NCBI GenBank assembly: GCA_963717505.1
Contig: OY970342.1
Location: 1 to 64,000 of the forward strand
DNA from: Candidatus Eiseniibacteriota bacterium
Lineage (GTDB): Bacteria > Eisenbacteria > RBG-16-71-46
Direction of reading: 5' to 3'
Length of the DNA stretch: 64,000 nucleotides
In this document: one piece after another, positions 29,540 through 39,183 of the stretch
How positions within the stretch are numbered: position 1 is the first letter of the stretch
Layout of the letters: each line of letters opens with the position of its first letter
The notes under the pieces: generated by a model
Database searches by the model: none
What the model was told of the DNA's origin: nothing
The model's input: the letters and a program-made list of their open reading frames with translations, nothing else
Program-made: the position numbers and the translations under genes

Positions 29540-30958
29540 GTGTCGTTCGGTTCGTTCGGGCTTCCCAGTCCGATCTTGAAGGGTATTCGCGCCACGGGGC
29601 TCTCCGAACCGACCGCGATCCAGACCAAATCGATCCCCATCGTGATGCACGGCAACGACCTGATCGGGATCGCTCAGAGCGGATCTGGAAAGAGCGGTGC
29701 CTATCTCATTCCAACACTGGCGCGTCTGGCCGAACGGAGCAGCCGGCTGCGGGGCATCGTGCTGGTGCCGACCCGCGAGCTTGCCTCCTACGTAGAAACA
29801 CGGGCTCGTGATTACGCTCGCTTCACCGAGATCTCGGTCAGCGTCGTCTACACCGGCGCCCAAATCTCAGGTCAGGAGCGACAGCTTCGCGAGCGGCCGA
29901 CCAACCTACTGGTAGCGACCCCGGGCCGGCTGCTCGAGCTGCACGCTCGTGGCTGCCTGGATTTTGCCGATGTCGAGATTTTGGTGCTCGACGAAGCTGA
30001 TCGCATGGTGGCGCTCGGCCTGGCGCCTGACTTGCGCCGGTTGCTGAAGCTCCTGCCCGAGACTCGGCAGACGCTGCTCTTTACTTTGACCATGCCGCCC
30101 GAGCTCAATCGCCTCGCCAAGGAGGCGCTGGTCGAGCCGGTGCGCGTGGATGTCGGTTCGCCGTCCAAGCCGTCGGCGGGCATCACTCAGGCCATCTATC
30201 CGGTGACCAAGGATTTGAAGCCCGACTTGCTCGACGACCTGCTCACCCGCTCCGAGGTGCGCAACACCATCGTGCTGACGCGGGCGCGGAACGCCGGCGA
30301 GCGGCTGAGCCGCCAATTGGCCCGGCGCGGATACGCCGTGTCGTTGCTCGACGAGCATCCGAGCCAGAGCGACCGCGATCAGGCCCTCGAAGACCTGCGG
30401 CGCGGCCGAGTCCAGATCCTGGTGGCCAGCGAAGCCTCGTCTCGCAGCCTCGACATGGCGGGCACGGCGCACGTCGTCAACTACGACGTGCCCCAGACCC
30501 CCGAGGATTACGTGCACCGGCTGGGTCGGGCGGGGCGCGGCGATCCGGTGGGAGACGCGTACACCCTGATGAGCCCGGACGAGCAGAAGTTCGTCGACGC
30601 CATCGAACAGTTCCTGGGGCGCGCGATTCCGCGCGTCCTGCTGCCGGATTTCGACTACACGATGTCTCCTGGGACTCGGCGTCCCGCAGCGCTCGACGAG
30701 GAGGTCATTCCTCATCGTGCGGCTCTGGTCGCCGAGGAGCGCGCTGCGGCACCGAGTTCGTCAACCGCCACGGCGGTCGCAGCCCGTCCGAAGCCGAAGG
30801 CCGCGGTTCCCGCCTCGAGAGGCGCGGCACCAGCAGGGAGCAACGGCAAAGCGAAGCATGCGGGCAACGGACGCACGGTGGCGACCGCGAAGCGACCTGC
30901 GCCCAAACGACCGGTAAGCTCGCGCCCCGGATCCGTTTCGCGCTCACGCCCGCGCTAG
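29540..30958 (+). CDS. DEAD-box RNA helicase (RhlE-like) with divergent motifs
   Basis: GGAGGGG RBS before the GTG at 29540. Q motif, SGSGKS, PTRELA, TPGRL, DEAD and HRLGRAGR, then a basic C-terminal tail. Confidence 0.87.
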   Translation: MSFGSFGLPSPILKGIRATGLSEPTAIQTKSIPIVMHGNDLIGIAQSGSGKSGAYLIPTLARLAERSSRLRGIVLVPTRELASYVETRARDYARFTEISVSVVYTGAQISGQERQLRERPTNLLVATPGRLLELHARGCLDFADVEILVLDEADRMVALGLAPDLRRLLKLLPETRQTLLFTLTMPPELNRLAKEALVEPVRVDVGSPSKPSAGITQAIYPVTKDLKPDLLDDLLTRSEVRNTIVLTRARNAGERLSRQLARRGYAVSLLDEHPSQSDRDQALEDLRRGRVQILVASEASSRSLDMAGTAHVVNYDVPQTPEDYVHRLGRAGRGDPVGDAYTLMSPDEQKFVDAIEQFLGRAIPRVLLPDFDYTMSPGTRRPAALDEEVIPHRAALVAEERAAAPSSSTATAVAARPKPKAAVPASRGAAPAGSNGKAKHAGNGRTVATAKRPAPKRPVSSRPGSVSRSRPR

Positions 30959-30977
30959 AACCGAAAGAACGTACGAG

Positions 30978-31007
30978 AGCCGGCAGGCGTCGCGACGCCT
31001 GCCGGCT
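30978..31007. terminator. Perfect 30-bp palindrome between convergent genes, probable terminator
   Basis: AGCCGGCAGGCGTCG|CGACGCCTGCCGGCT, followed by TCTTCATTT on the plus strand. Confidence 0.7.
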
Positions 31008-31040
31008 TCTTCATTTGGGCTCGATGTGCCTAGCGCGGTG

Positions 31041-32405
31041 CTACCACTCTCGCATCGGCTCCCACGCCACCACCCCGGGGTTCTCGACCTCGATCCATTC
31101 CCCCGAGGCGAGATCGAGCACATCCACCTTTTCGGGCGCCTTCCATCCACGACGAAAGACGATGATCCGGGCGCCGGAGGGAGTCGCGAATGCCAGGAGG
31201 CTGCTGGCGGAGAACACTCGCGTCGTGGCCTCGAGCGCTCCGGCGGGCCAGCGCGAAACCTGGGTCTTCCCGCGCGCGCGCGCCACCAGGACGATCGTGC
31301 CGTCCTTCTCGAAGAGATGCGAAGGCTCGCCTCCAGGGGACGCGAAGCGGAGCACCGTATCAGTCACCGGATTCCAGACGTAGAACGAATCGCCCATTGC
31401 GAACCCCACGTGACTTCCAGTCGTGGTTTCGACAACGGGCCCGATCTCGCCGCGGAACTCGTGGCGCACTTCGGGCGTCTTCGCATCCTGTGCAAGACTC
31501 ATGAGGCGGCGTTCGAACACCCAGAAGACTCGCCTTTGTTCCGCCACATAGCGAATCCAGTTCCCCGACATCCGGCCTTCGGCCAGGAGCTGAATCGTCG
31601 GATCGTGGGCGTGGACGACGCGCACGCCGGCAGCACTGGTCCACCACACCGAGGTCGGGCTCGCGGTCCAACGCGCCGCGCCGTCCAATCCACCCGAGGG
31701 GAACACGCGCCAGCGCCCCGCCGTCGGATAGACGAGATGCCAGCCCTCGATCCGGTTCTCGTCGACGTTCGCTACCAGATCCGTGAGGAAGATGGATGCC
31801 GGATCGAGGACCCTCAGCTCCACCACGCGCGCGGAACTGACTTCCCATGCCGCCCCGCTGTCGGCGGCGATGTGCGCCAGACCCTCGTTGTAGCCGAACA
31901 CCACGCCGGAACCGTCGGGCATCCACTCGAGCGAATTGCTTGCGGGCCGCAGGTGCTGCGCGCCCGGAGTGATGAACCGGCCGCCGCGGATGGTCGGGTC
32001 TCGAGTGGTCGGCGTTGCCGGCGAGTAGTTGGGGCGCCCCACCTCGCGAGGCAGCAGGCTGGCGAAGTCGGCGCGCGCGGCCGGTGTCGCGTGGGCGCTG
32101 ATCCAGACGCGTGCGGTGTCCTGGTCCCCGGCCCGCGTCAGCCATGCGACATTCCTCCCGTCGGGCGCCACGCAGAAGCGGACGACGCGGTCGAGCCCGC
32201 GTGGCGTCCACAGGGTCTCGCGCCCCGCCAAGTGGAACGGTGCGCGAAGCAGGACATCGGCGGTGGTCAGGAACACGGTCGAGTCGGCTTCGTCGCGAAA
32301 CGCTTCGGACCAGGGAATCGGAGCCGCGACCGCAGGGGCCGCGGCGCTCACGGCAGTCGCTGCGAGCCCAAGGACCACGGCCCGCAACGACAGCGATCTA
32401 CTCAT
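31041..32405 (-). CDS. Exported hypothetical protein, probable beta-propeller (TolB/PD40-like repeats)
   Basis: Ala-rich signal peptide, APDGRNVAW and WMPDGSGVVF motifs. ATGA overlap with the upstream gene. Confidence 0.6.
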   Translation of the reverse strand: MSRSLSLRAVVLGLAATAVSAAAPAVAAPIPWSEAFRDEADSTVFLTTADVLLRAPFHLAGRETLWTPRGLDRVVRFCVAPDGRNVAWLTRAGDQDTARVWISAHATPAARADFASLLPREVGRPNYSPATPTTRDPTIRGGRFITPGAQHLRPASNSLEWMPDGSGVVFGYNEGLAHIAADSGAAWEVSSARVVELRVLDPASIFLTDLVANVDENRIEGWHLVYPTAGRWRVFPSGGLDGAARWTASPTSVWWTSAAGVRVVHAHDPTIQLLAEGRMSGNWIRYVAEQRRVFWVFERRLMSLAQDAKTPEVRHEFRGEIGPVVETTTGSHVGFAMGDSFYVWNPVTDTVLRFASPGGEPSHLFEKDGTIVLVARARGKTQVSRWPAGALEATTRVFSASSLLAFATPSGARIIVFRRGWKAPEKVDVLDLASGEWIEVENPGVVAWEPMREW

Positions 32406-33616
32406 CTGCCGGACGCTTCCGCGGCCTCGAGTCTTGCCGACAACCACTCGAAACCGCGAGTGGTTCTTTCAGCGTCGGCGGGCGCGATCTGGACCAGGTC
32501 TGGGCTGCCACCGCCCTTGCCGCCGGTCTCGGCCAACAACTCCGGAACCATCGCGCGCAGGTCCGGGCCTCCCGACTTGGCGCGGCCCGCGACCAGAACC
32601 GGCGCCGGTCCCGATGCGCCCGCAACCACCCACGGGGCGCCGGCTTCGAGACACTTGAGGGCGAAGGTGCGCGCGGCCTCGCGGGTCCAATGCTCGCGCA
32701 GCTCGGCGACCCGCCTTGGAGGCGAGCCAACGCGAGCCGTGGCTTCCATGGCCGCGAGCCGCTCGTTCAGCTCACGAACTTGTTTCTGGAGTGCGTCGCG
32801 CTCGTCGGCGGCGCGCTCGAGGTGAACGATCAGATCCCGATCGGCAAGCGTGCGACGCTTCGCGGATTCGAGCAGCGACTCGGTGCGCCAGGCATAGTCC
32901 GCCAGCGCGCGGCCCCCACAAAGAAATTCGAAGCGCAGGTTCGACCGCACGCGCTCCCATCGAACGATCTTGATCACGCCCACCTCGCCGGTGCGCAGGG
33001 TATGGGTGCCGCCGCACGCCGACACATCCCATTCCGGGATCTCGACGATGCGAATCCGCCCGGTCTGCTTGGGCGGCTTCCGGAGGGCGAAACGCTTCAC
33101 ACCCTCGTCGTCCACCCAGTGGCGCTCGATCGGCAGATCCCGCCACACGATGTCGTTGGATGCCCGTTCGAGGCGTTCGATCACGGTCCAGTCGACCTCG
33201 GAGAGTGGGACTTCGATGGTGCTGCGCGTTTCGCCCAGACGCGACGACACGGTGGGACTGCCCAACTCCCGCTCGAAGGCCGCCGACAGGATGTGCTGCC
33301 CGGTGTGTTGCTGCATGTGATCGAAGCGCCGCGTCCAGTCGACTTCGCCCTCGACGCGCGTGATGCTGGCGGTGGCCGCCTCGCCCTCGAGCACGTGCCA
33401 CACGGTTCCGTCGTCGCCCGCCTGAACGTCGACGACCGGCCAGGTCCCGAGGCGGCCGCGATCGGCCTCCTGACCGCCGCTTTCCGGATAGAAGAACGTG
33501 GCCGCCAGCCCCACGGCGGGCCGACCCTGGTGCTGGCCCATCGTCGAGATTTCGGCTTCGAACCGGGTCGTGTAGGAATCGTCGTAGTACAGGCGTTCCG
33601 TAGGCATCGGCGTCAC
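32402..33616 (-). CDS. Stand-alone alanyl-tRNA editing protein (AlaX-like) with DHHA1 domain
   Basis: TERLYY and FYPESGGQ, zinc ligands HMQQHTGQH and CGGTH, and GGKGGG. Confidence 0.88.
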   Translation of the reverse strand: MTPMPTERLYYDDSYTTRFEAEISTMGQHQGRPAVGLAATFFYPESGGQEADRGRLGTWPVVDVQAGDDGTVWHVLEGEAATASITRVEGEVDWTRRFDHMQQHTGQHILSAAFERELGSPTVSSRLGETRSTIEVPLSEVDWTVIERLERASNDIVWRDLPIERHWVDDEGVKRFALRKPPKQTGRIRIVEIPEWDVSACGGTHTLRTGEVGVIKIVRWERVRSNLRFEFLCGGRALADYAWRTESLLESAKRRTLADRDLIVHLERAADERDALQKQVRELNERLAAMEATARVGSPPRRVAELREHWTREAARTFALKCLEAGAPWVVAGASGPAPVLVAGRAKSGGPDLRAMVPELLAETGGKGGGSPDLVQIAPADAERTTRGFEWLSARLEAAEASGR

Positions 33617-34734
33617 CCTCGTCGCCGGCTGATGCCGTACGCGCGCATCTTCCGCCAGAGGGTGGTGCGCGAGATGCCGAGCTGCTGGGCGGCGGCGGTC
33701 ACGTTGCCGCGATGGCGCGCCAGCACGGTCACGATGTGCTCGCGCTCGACATCCGCGAGCGACAGCGCCCGCCGGTCGGGCGCCGGAGCGTCGTCGTCCG
33801 GGGCGCGGGTCACGGACTCCGCCCGGCGCGCGGCGGGCCGCCCTTGGGGCTCGTCCGCCGGCGATGCACTCGTCGCTCCGTCGTGCGTGGGCAGCAGACG
33901 GGGCGCGCGAACCACAGTCGGCAAGTCGGCGGCTCGAAGGATCGGCGACTCGGCGACCGCGACCGCATGCTCGACCGCGTTCTCCAACTCGCGCACGTTG
34001 CCGGGGTAGTCATAGCGCTCGAGCAAGTCCATGGCCTCGGGGCTGAAGCGCAGCCCATCGCGTCCGGCCCGCCGCGCGACTCGTTCGAGGAAGTACGACG
34101 CCAGGAGTCCGATATCCTCTCGCCGGTCGCGCAGCGCAGGCAGGTCGATCTGAACGACATTCAGCCGATAGTAGAGATCCTGGCGAAAGCGCCCGGCTTC
34201 GATCTCGGCCTGAAGGTCCCGGTGGGTGGCGGCGATCACGCGCACGTCCACGAGCCGGGTGGTGGTGTCGCCGAGCCGCCGCACTTCTCCGTTCTCGAGA
34301 ACGCGCAGCAGCTTCACCTGGGCTGATAGCGGCATGTCGCCGACCTCATCGAGGAACAACGTGCCGCGGTCAGCTTCCTCGACGAGTCCCGTTCGGTCGG
34401 TTGCCGCTCCGGTGAACGCGCCGCGTGCCGCGCCGAACAATTCGCTCTCGATCAACGTGTCGGGAATCGCCCCGACGTTGACCGGAACGAACGGACCGTC
34501 GGCGCGGCGCGACTGAAGATGAAGTGCCCGCGCGACCAGCTCCTTCCCGGTACCGCTCTCACCGATGATCAGGACCGTGCTGTCGGTGGGGGCGACCTTG
34601 GACACGAGCCGGAAGATGCGCTGCATGCGCGGGCTCGCGCCGACCATGCCCTGAAGGGCCGAGCGGTTTCGGAGGCGGGTCGGGTTGCGGGGGTCCCGGG
34701 CGTTCAGGGGGTCCGGCGGGGTGGTACGAGCCAT
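33613..34734 (-). CDS. Sigma54-dependent activator (AAA+ and Fis HTH) lacking an N-terminal sensor domain
   Basis: Motifs GESGTGKE, ESELFG, GAFTGA, LFLDEVG, FRQDLYYRL, PGNVREL and LGISRTTLWRK. Confidence 0.9.
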   Translation of the reverse strand: MARTTPPDPLNARDPRNPTRLRNRSALQGMVGASPRMQRIFRLVSKVAPTDSTVLIIGESGTGKELVARALHLQSRRADGPFVPVNVGAIPDTLIESELFGAARGAFTGAATDRTGLVEEADRGTLFLDEVGDMPLSAQVKLLRVLENGEVRRLGDTTTRLVDVRVIAATHRDLQAEIEAGRFRQDLYYRLNVVQIDLPALRDRREDIGLLASYFLERVARRAGRDGLRFSPEAMDLLERYDYPGNVRELENAVEHAVAVAESPILRAADLPTVVRAPRLLPTHDGATSASPADEPQGRPAARRAESVTRAPDDDAPAPDRRALSLADVEREHIVTVLARHRGNVTAAAQQLGISRTTLWRKMRAYGISRRRG

Positions 34735-34869
34735 GGACCAATAATAAGAGAAAGGCAGAATGTTTCCATTTGGAACCCGGGGCGCGTAGGTGGCTGGGGG
34801 AACGAAAGTTCCGGGGCGCAAAAGACGCGGGCCCCAAAAACCTCAACCAAAAGACGCGAAAGGGACGAC

Positions 34870-35670
34870 CTAGGAAGCCGCGGTCTGAACCTCGGTCTCG
34901 GGTCTGGCGTCGGCGTATGCGGGTCCCACCTCGGTTCCCGGATCGAGCCCTTCGGCTTCGACCAGGCGCAGGTAGAAGAACGTCCACGCGTAAGCGATCA
35001 CCGGCAGCAGTGCCGCGATCAGCAGCTCAGTGGCGAGCGACCAGACTTTGAACCCGGGCCCCGGGACTGCGAGTGACAATGCCGCCCCGACCAGGGCGCA
35101 GCCGAGAACGAGCACCACCGAGACGAAGATCATCTCCAGCCAGCGTTCGAATCGTCCCTGCGTCAAACGGAAGGAGCGTTGAAACGCATTGGCCATCTGC
35201 GGCTCGTCGAGCACCACGGCTTCGGTAGCCACGGCGAGGCGGAATCCGAGAAAGAACCCGGGAAGGATCAGAAAGAGAAACCCGAAGACCAGAGCCAGGT
35301 TGCGCGCGATTTCCGTGATCAACAGCCACGGGACGCGCTTGAGCCCGCGGGCGTAGGACAGGGTCACGTCCTCGGGCGGAGTTCCGGGCAGAGAGTTGAA
35401 CACCGATCGCGCGCGAAATCGGAGCATGGCGCCGACCACCAGCCAGACGATGATGCTGCCGAGCTGGGCGACGGCCCAGGTTCCGGCGACCTCGGTCGAC
35501 CGTTCGGACTCGCGCCACTCCGGCAGCGCCGCGACCGCCAAGAGCCAGGGCGCCTGGACGATCAGGGGCACGACCAGCGAGTGCACCGGGTCGCGGCGCA
35601 CGGCCAGGTCGAACGCCAGCGCGAATGCGTGGCGCGTCGAAACGGGTAATTGGAATCGGTATGGGGGCAT
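34870..35670 (-). CDS. Integral membrane protein of unknown function
   Basis: About 5-6 hydrophobic helices and the LILPG...AFQRSFRLTQG pattern common in uncharacterised membrane families. Confidence 0.65.
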   Translation of the reverse strand: MPPYRFQLPVSTRHAFALAFDLAVRRDPVHSLVVPLIVQAPWLLAVAALPEWRESERSTEVAGTWAVAQLGSIIVWLVVGAMLRFRARSVFNSLPGTPPEDVTLSYARGLKRVPWLLITEIARNLALVFGFLFLILPGFFLGFRLAVATEAVVLDEPQMANAFQRSFRLTQGRFERWLEMIFVSVVLVLGCALVGAALSLAVPGPGFKVWSLATELLIAALLPVIAYAWTFFYLRLVEAEGLDPGTEVGPAYADARPETEVQTAAS

Positions 35671-35729
35671 CGTCCGGTGCGGGCGGCCGCACACTAGGTT
35701 CGAGTCTCCGGACGTGTCAAGATGCGCTC

Positions 35730-36212
35730 GTGGCCCGCAAGCTCTCGCACATCGACGCGCGCGGCCGCGTCCGAATGGTGGACGTGGGCGACAAGCGTAC
35801 CACCTCGCGCTCCGCCGTGGCCCGGGGCCGCGTGTTCATGCATCGCGACACGCTCGAGCGCGTGCGGGACGACCGCGTTCCCAAGGGCAACGTCCTCGCG
35901 ACCGCTCACCTGGCCGGCATCCTGGCCGCCAAGAAGACCAGCGAGCTGATCCCTCTCGCCCACCCGATCCCGATCGAAGGGATCGAGCTTTCGTTTCAGC
36001 CCGACGCCTCGTCGGCTTCGATCGGCATCGAGGCCGTGGTGCGGACCCGAGCGCGCACCGGGGTCGAGATGGAAGCCCTCGCGGCGGTGACGATCGCGGC
36101 ACTCACGCTCTACGACATGCTCAAAGCGGTGGACCGAGGCATGGTGATCGGCGAGATCGCGCTGTGGGAAAAGCGCGGGGGCCGGAGTGGCGTCTATCGT
36201 CGTCGCCCGTGA
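35730..36212 (+). CDS. moaC: Cyclic pyranopterin monophosphate synthase
   Basis: Motifs LSHID..G..RMVDV, AGILAAKKT.ELIPL.HP, TGVEMEAL and YDMLKAVD. Confidence 0.93.
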   Translation: MARKLSHIDARGRVRMVDVGDKRTTSRSAVARGRVFMHRDTLERVRDDRVPKGNVLATAHLAGILAAKKTSELIPLAHPIPIEGIELSFQPDASSASIGIEAVVRTRARTGVEMEALAAVTIAALTLYDMLKAVDRGMVIGEIALWEKRGGRSGVYRRRP

Positions 36213-37429
36213 ATCGCTGAGCTACGCCGAAGCGCGCGCGCGCGTGCTGGCTGCGGCGCGTCCGCTGCCGGCCGAACGCGTGCCGATCGAGAACGCGCGG
36301 GGTCGCGCCCTGCGCGAGACGCTTCGCGCGCCGCACGGGCTGCCGCCGTTCCGCAATTCCTCGATGGACGGCTTCGCCGTGCGCGCCGCCGATGTGACCG
36401 GCGCAACGACGCTCCCGATCGTCGACACGATCCCCGCCGGACGCCCGCCGTCCCGCGCGCTGCGGCCCGGCGAAGCGATGCGGATCATGACCGGCGCCAT
36501 GTTGCCCGAGGGCTCCGACGCCGTGGTGCCGGTCGAGGACACCTCCCTGCCGGGCGGCGATCGGGTCGAGTTCACGAAGTCGATCGCGGCCGGCGCGAAC
36601 ATCCGCGACGCCGACGTCGATCTGCCCGCGGGCGAGGTGGCACTTTCCGAGGGGCGCGAGCTGTCGGCTGCCGACCTCGGCCTGCTCGCGGCGTTGGGCG
36701 TGCCACAAGCGATGGTGGGGGCGCGCCCGCGCGTGACCATCCTCTCGACTGGAGACGAGCTGTTGAACGTCGACCAGCCGCTCAAACCCGGTGCGATCCG
36801 TGACAGCAACTCGATCCAGCTTCGCCTGCTGGTCGAGGAGGCCGGCGGGCGCATCGTTCATATGGCACGGCTCGCCGACGACGCGCGAGCCGTCCGGTCG
36901 TCGATTCTCGAGCATGCCGCGCGTTGTGACGTGCTGCTGACCATCGGCGGGGTGTCGATGGGCGAGTTCGACCCGGTGAAGCAGAGTCTCGGCGAACTGC
37001 GCGGCGTGGCGTGGTGGCGCGTCGCCATGAAGCCGGGACAACCGCAGGCCTTCGGACGACTCGGGGAGGCACTCTACTTCGGTCTGCCGGGGAACCCCGC
37101 GTCGGTGGCCTGCGTGTTCGAAGTGCTGGTGCGGCCGGCATTGCGGGCGTTGCAGGGTTTCTCGACGCTCGATCGGCCACAGCTGACCGTACGGAGCCGC
37201 GAGCGAATCGAGTCGCGCACGGGACGCACCGACTTCGTGCGCGTCGTTCTCGAATCGCGCGAGGGAACGTGGTGGGCCGCTCCCGCGGGCGCTCAAGTCT
37301 CCGGCCATCTGACGCCGCAGTCGCGCGCTCATGCGCTGATGATCGTCCCCGAATCAGCGGCCAGTCCTCGACGCGGGCGACTCGACGGACGCCATCCTGC
37401 TGCGCTGGCCCGACTCGCCAACGGCATGA
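36187..37429 (+). CDS. moeA: Molybdopterin molybdotransferase MoeA, with an apparent +1 frameshift near 37363
   Basis: Motifs SSMDGFAV, IMTGA, STGDEL, DSN, GGVSMG and MKPG.P...GLPGNP. The canonical C-terminus (VLDAGDSTDAILL...TGA at 37427-37429) lies in the +1 frame from 37364. Confidence 0.85.
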
Positions 37430-39180
37430 GGCTGCCGCGTGTCTTGATTCTGTGCGTGGCTGCAGCGTGCCTGGCGCTGACGGTGACCTTCCCGCTCACC
37501 GAGCCCGACTTCTGGCAGCACCTGGTGGTCGGCCGTGTGATCTGGGAAACGCATTCGGTGCCGCAGACGCAGATCTGGACGTGGCCCACCTGGGGGGCTC
37601 CCGACGTCAACCTCTCGTGGGGGTTTCGCGCCCTGGTCCATCCCTTCTGGGAACTCGGCGGCGTCACCGGTCTCTTCGCCTGGCGCTGGCTGACCACGCT
37701 CGGTGCATTTGCGCTGCTATGGCTCGCCGCGCGGCGGATGGGTGCGAGCGGCCTCACGGTCCCGGTGGCACTCGTGGTCTGTGGGCTTGCCTGGAGCAGC
37801 CGGTCGCAGATACGACCCGAGACCTGGGTCGCAGTGTTGATGGCGGTCGAGCTGTGGATCCTCGAGAGCCGGCGCCATGGCGGACCCGATCGCACCTGGG
37901 CGCTGCCGCTCGTGTTCTGGATCTGGATCAACAGCCACATCTCGTGGCACTTCGGCATCCTGATCCTCGCCGCCTACGGACTCGATGCGCTGCTGGCACG
38001 CGCCCGCTGGCCCTCGGATCGCGGATGGCCGCCGGTGCTCGCGCTCGCCGTCGCCGGAGTCGCGGGATTGGCGCTCGGCATGATCAATCCGTTCGGCTGG
38101 CGAGCGCTGTGGCAGCCATTCCACTTTCTGCTCCACGAACGAAGCGAGCCGATCTACGCGACGATCGGTGAGCTGGAACCCTTGCGCTGGTCGGAACACG
38201 TATGGGACGGCGTGCCGGTGATCGTGATCGTCTGGCCGTTGCTCGCGATCCTGCGCGCGCGCCGCCAGGGCTGGGATTGGGCCGAGGTCGCGATCGGGAT
38301 CGGTGCGATCACCGCGGCGCTGTCGACCGTTCGCTTCGTTGGATTCCTGGGAATCGTGGCCGCGCCGTTTCTGGCGCGCGACCTCGACTGGGCCGCTCGT
38401 TCGATCCGACTGCCGGCCGCACTCGGCTCACCATGGACGCGCGCGGCGCTGGCCGGCATCGTTTGCGTCCTGGTGGCGCTCCCGCTCTGGCGGCGGAACG
38501 GCATCGGGATCGCCGTCGACCACACGCAGATCCCGGAGCGCGCGTGTGACCGGATGGCCGAAATGGGCATTCGCGGCCGGAGTTTCAATCGCTTCCACCA
38601 CGGCGGCTATCTGTTATGGCGCTTCTACCCCGAGCGCGACCGGCTGCCGTTCATGGACATCCACCAGGCCGGCACGCCGGAACTCAGGCGGCTCTACATG
38701 TTCGCGTTCGAACGCGAGGAGTACTGGCGCGAGTTGGACCAGAAGTTCGACTTCGAGTGGATGGTTCTACCACGCCGCACGTACGAAGCGGACCGGTTGG
38801 TGGACGTGATCGACGCCGACACGTCGTGGGCGATGGTCTTCCTCGACGACGCGGCACTGGTGTTCGTCCGGCGACGCGGACCGATGGCGGCGGTCGCGGA
38901 TTCGTTCGCGTATCGAACCGCACCGGCGGGGAACGTGCGACTCCAAGCGTTGGCTCCGGTCGTGGCCGGCGACTCCACCGTGCGGGCAGCGTTTCGGGCG
39001 GACCTCGAGCGCCAAACCCGCGAGTCGCCGTTCAGCGCGCAGGCGCACGAGATGCTGGCGACCGTGGCGATGATGGACGGGCGGACCGCCGATGCGCGCA
39101 CTCATCTGGAACGCTCGCTGGCGATCGATCCGCGTGCACCCGAGGTTCGAGCCCGATTGGAAGCACTGTCGAGACAGTAG
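37426..39180 (+). CDS. Polytopic membrane protein, GT-C-like glycosyltransferase candidate, with a C-terminal TPR
   Basis: The ATG at 37426 overlaps the frame-corrected moeA TGA. DFWQHL..GR after TM1, RPE, WINSH, about 11 TM segments and a TPR-like ending. Confidence 0.6.
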   Translation: MRLPRVLILCVAAACLALTVTFPLTEPDFWQHLVVGRVIWETHSVPQTQIWTWPTWGAPDVNLSWGFRALVHPFWELGGVTGLFAWRWLTTLGAFALLWLAARRMGASGLTVPVALVVCGLAWSSRSQIRPETWVAVLMAVELWILESRRHGGPDRTWALPLVFWIWINSHISWHFGILILAAYGLDALLARARWPSDRGWPPVLALAVAGVAGLALGMINPFGWRALWQPFHFLLHERSEPIYATIGELEPLRWSEHVWDGVPVIVIVWPLLAILRARRQGWDWAEVAIGIGAITAALSTVRFVGFLGIVAAPFLARDLDWAARSIRLPAALGSPWTRAALAGIVCVLVALPLWRRNGIGIAVDHTQIPERACDRMAEMGIRGRSFNRFHHGGYLLWRFYPERDRLPFMDIHQAGTPELRRLYMFAFEREEYWRELDQKFDFEWMVLPRRTYEADRLVDVIDADTSWAMVFLDDAALVFVRRRGPMAAVADSFAYRTAPAGNVRLQALAPVVAGDSTVRAAFRADLERQTRESPFSAQAHEMLATVAMMDGRTADARTHLERSLAIDPRAPEVRARLEALSRQ

Positions 39181-39183
39181 CGC

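Noticed and set aside
36187-39180. Novel 997-aa MoeA-membrane fusion protein
   Set aside because: The proper MoeA C-terminus and an ATGA junction exist in the +1 frame, so an indel explains it better.
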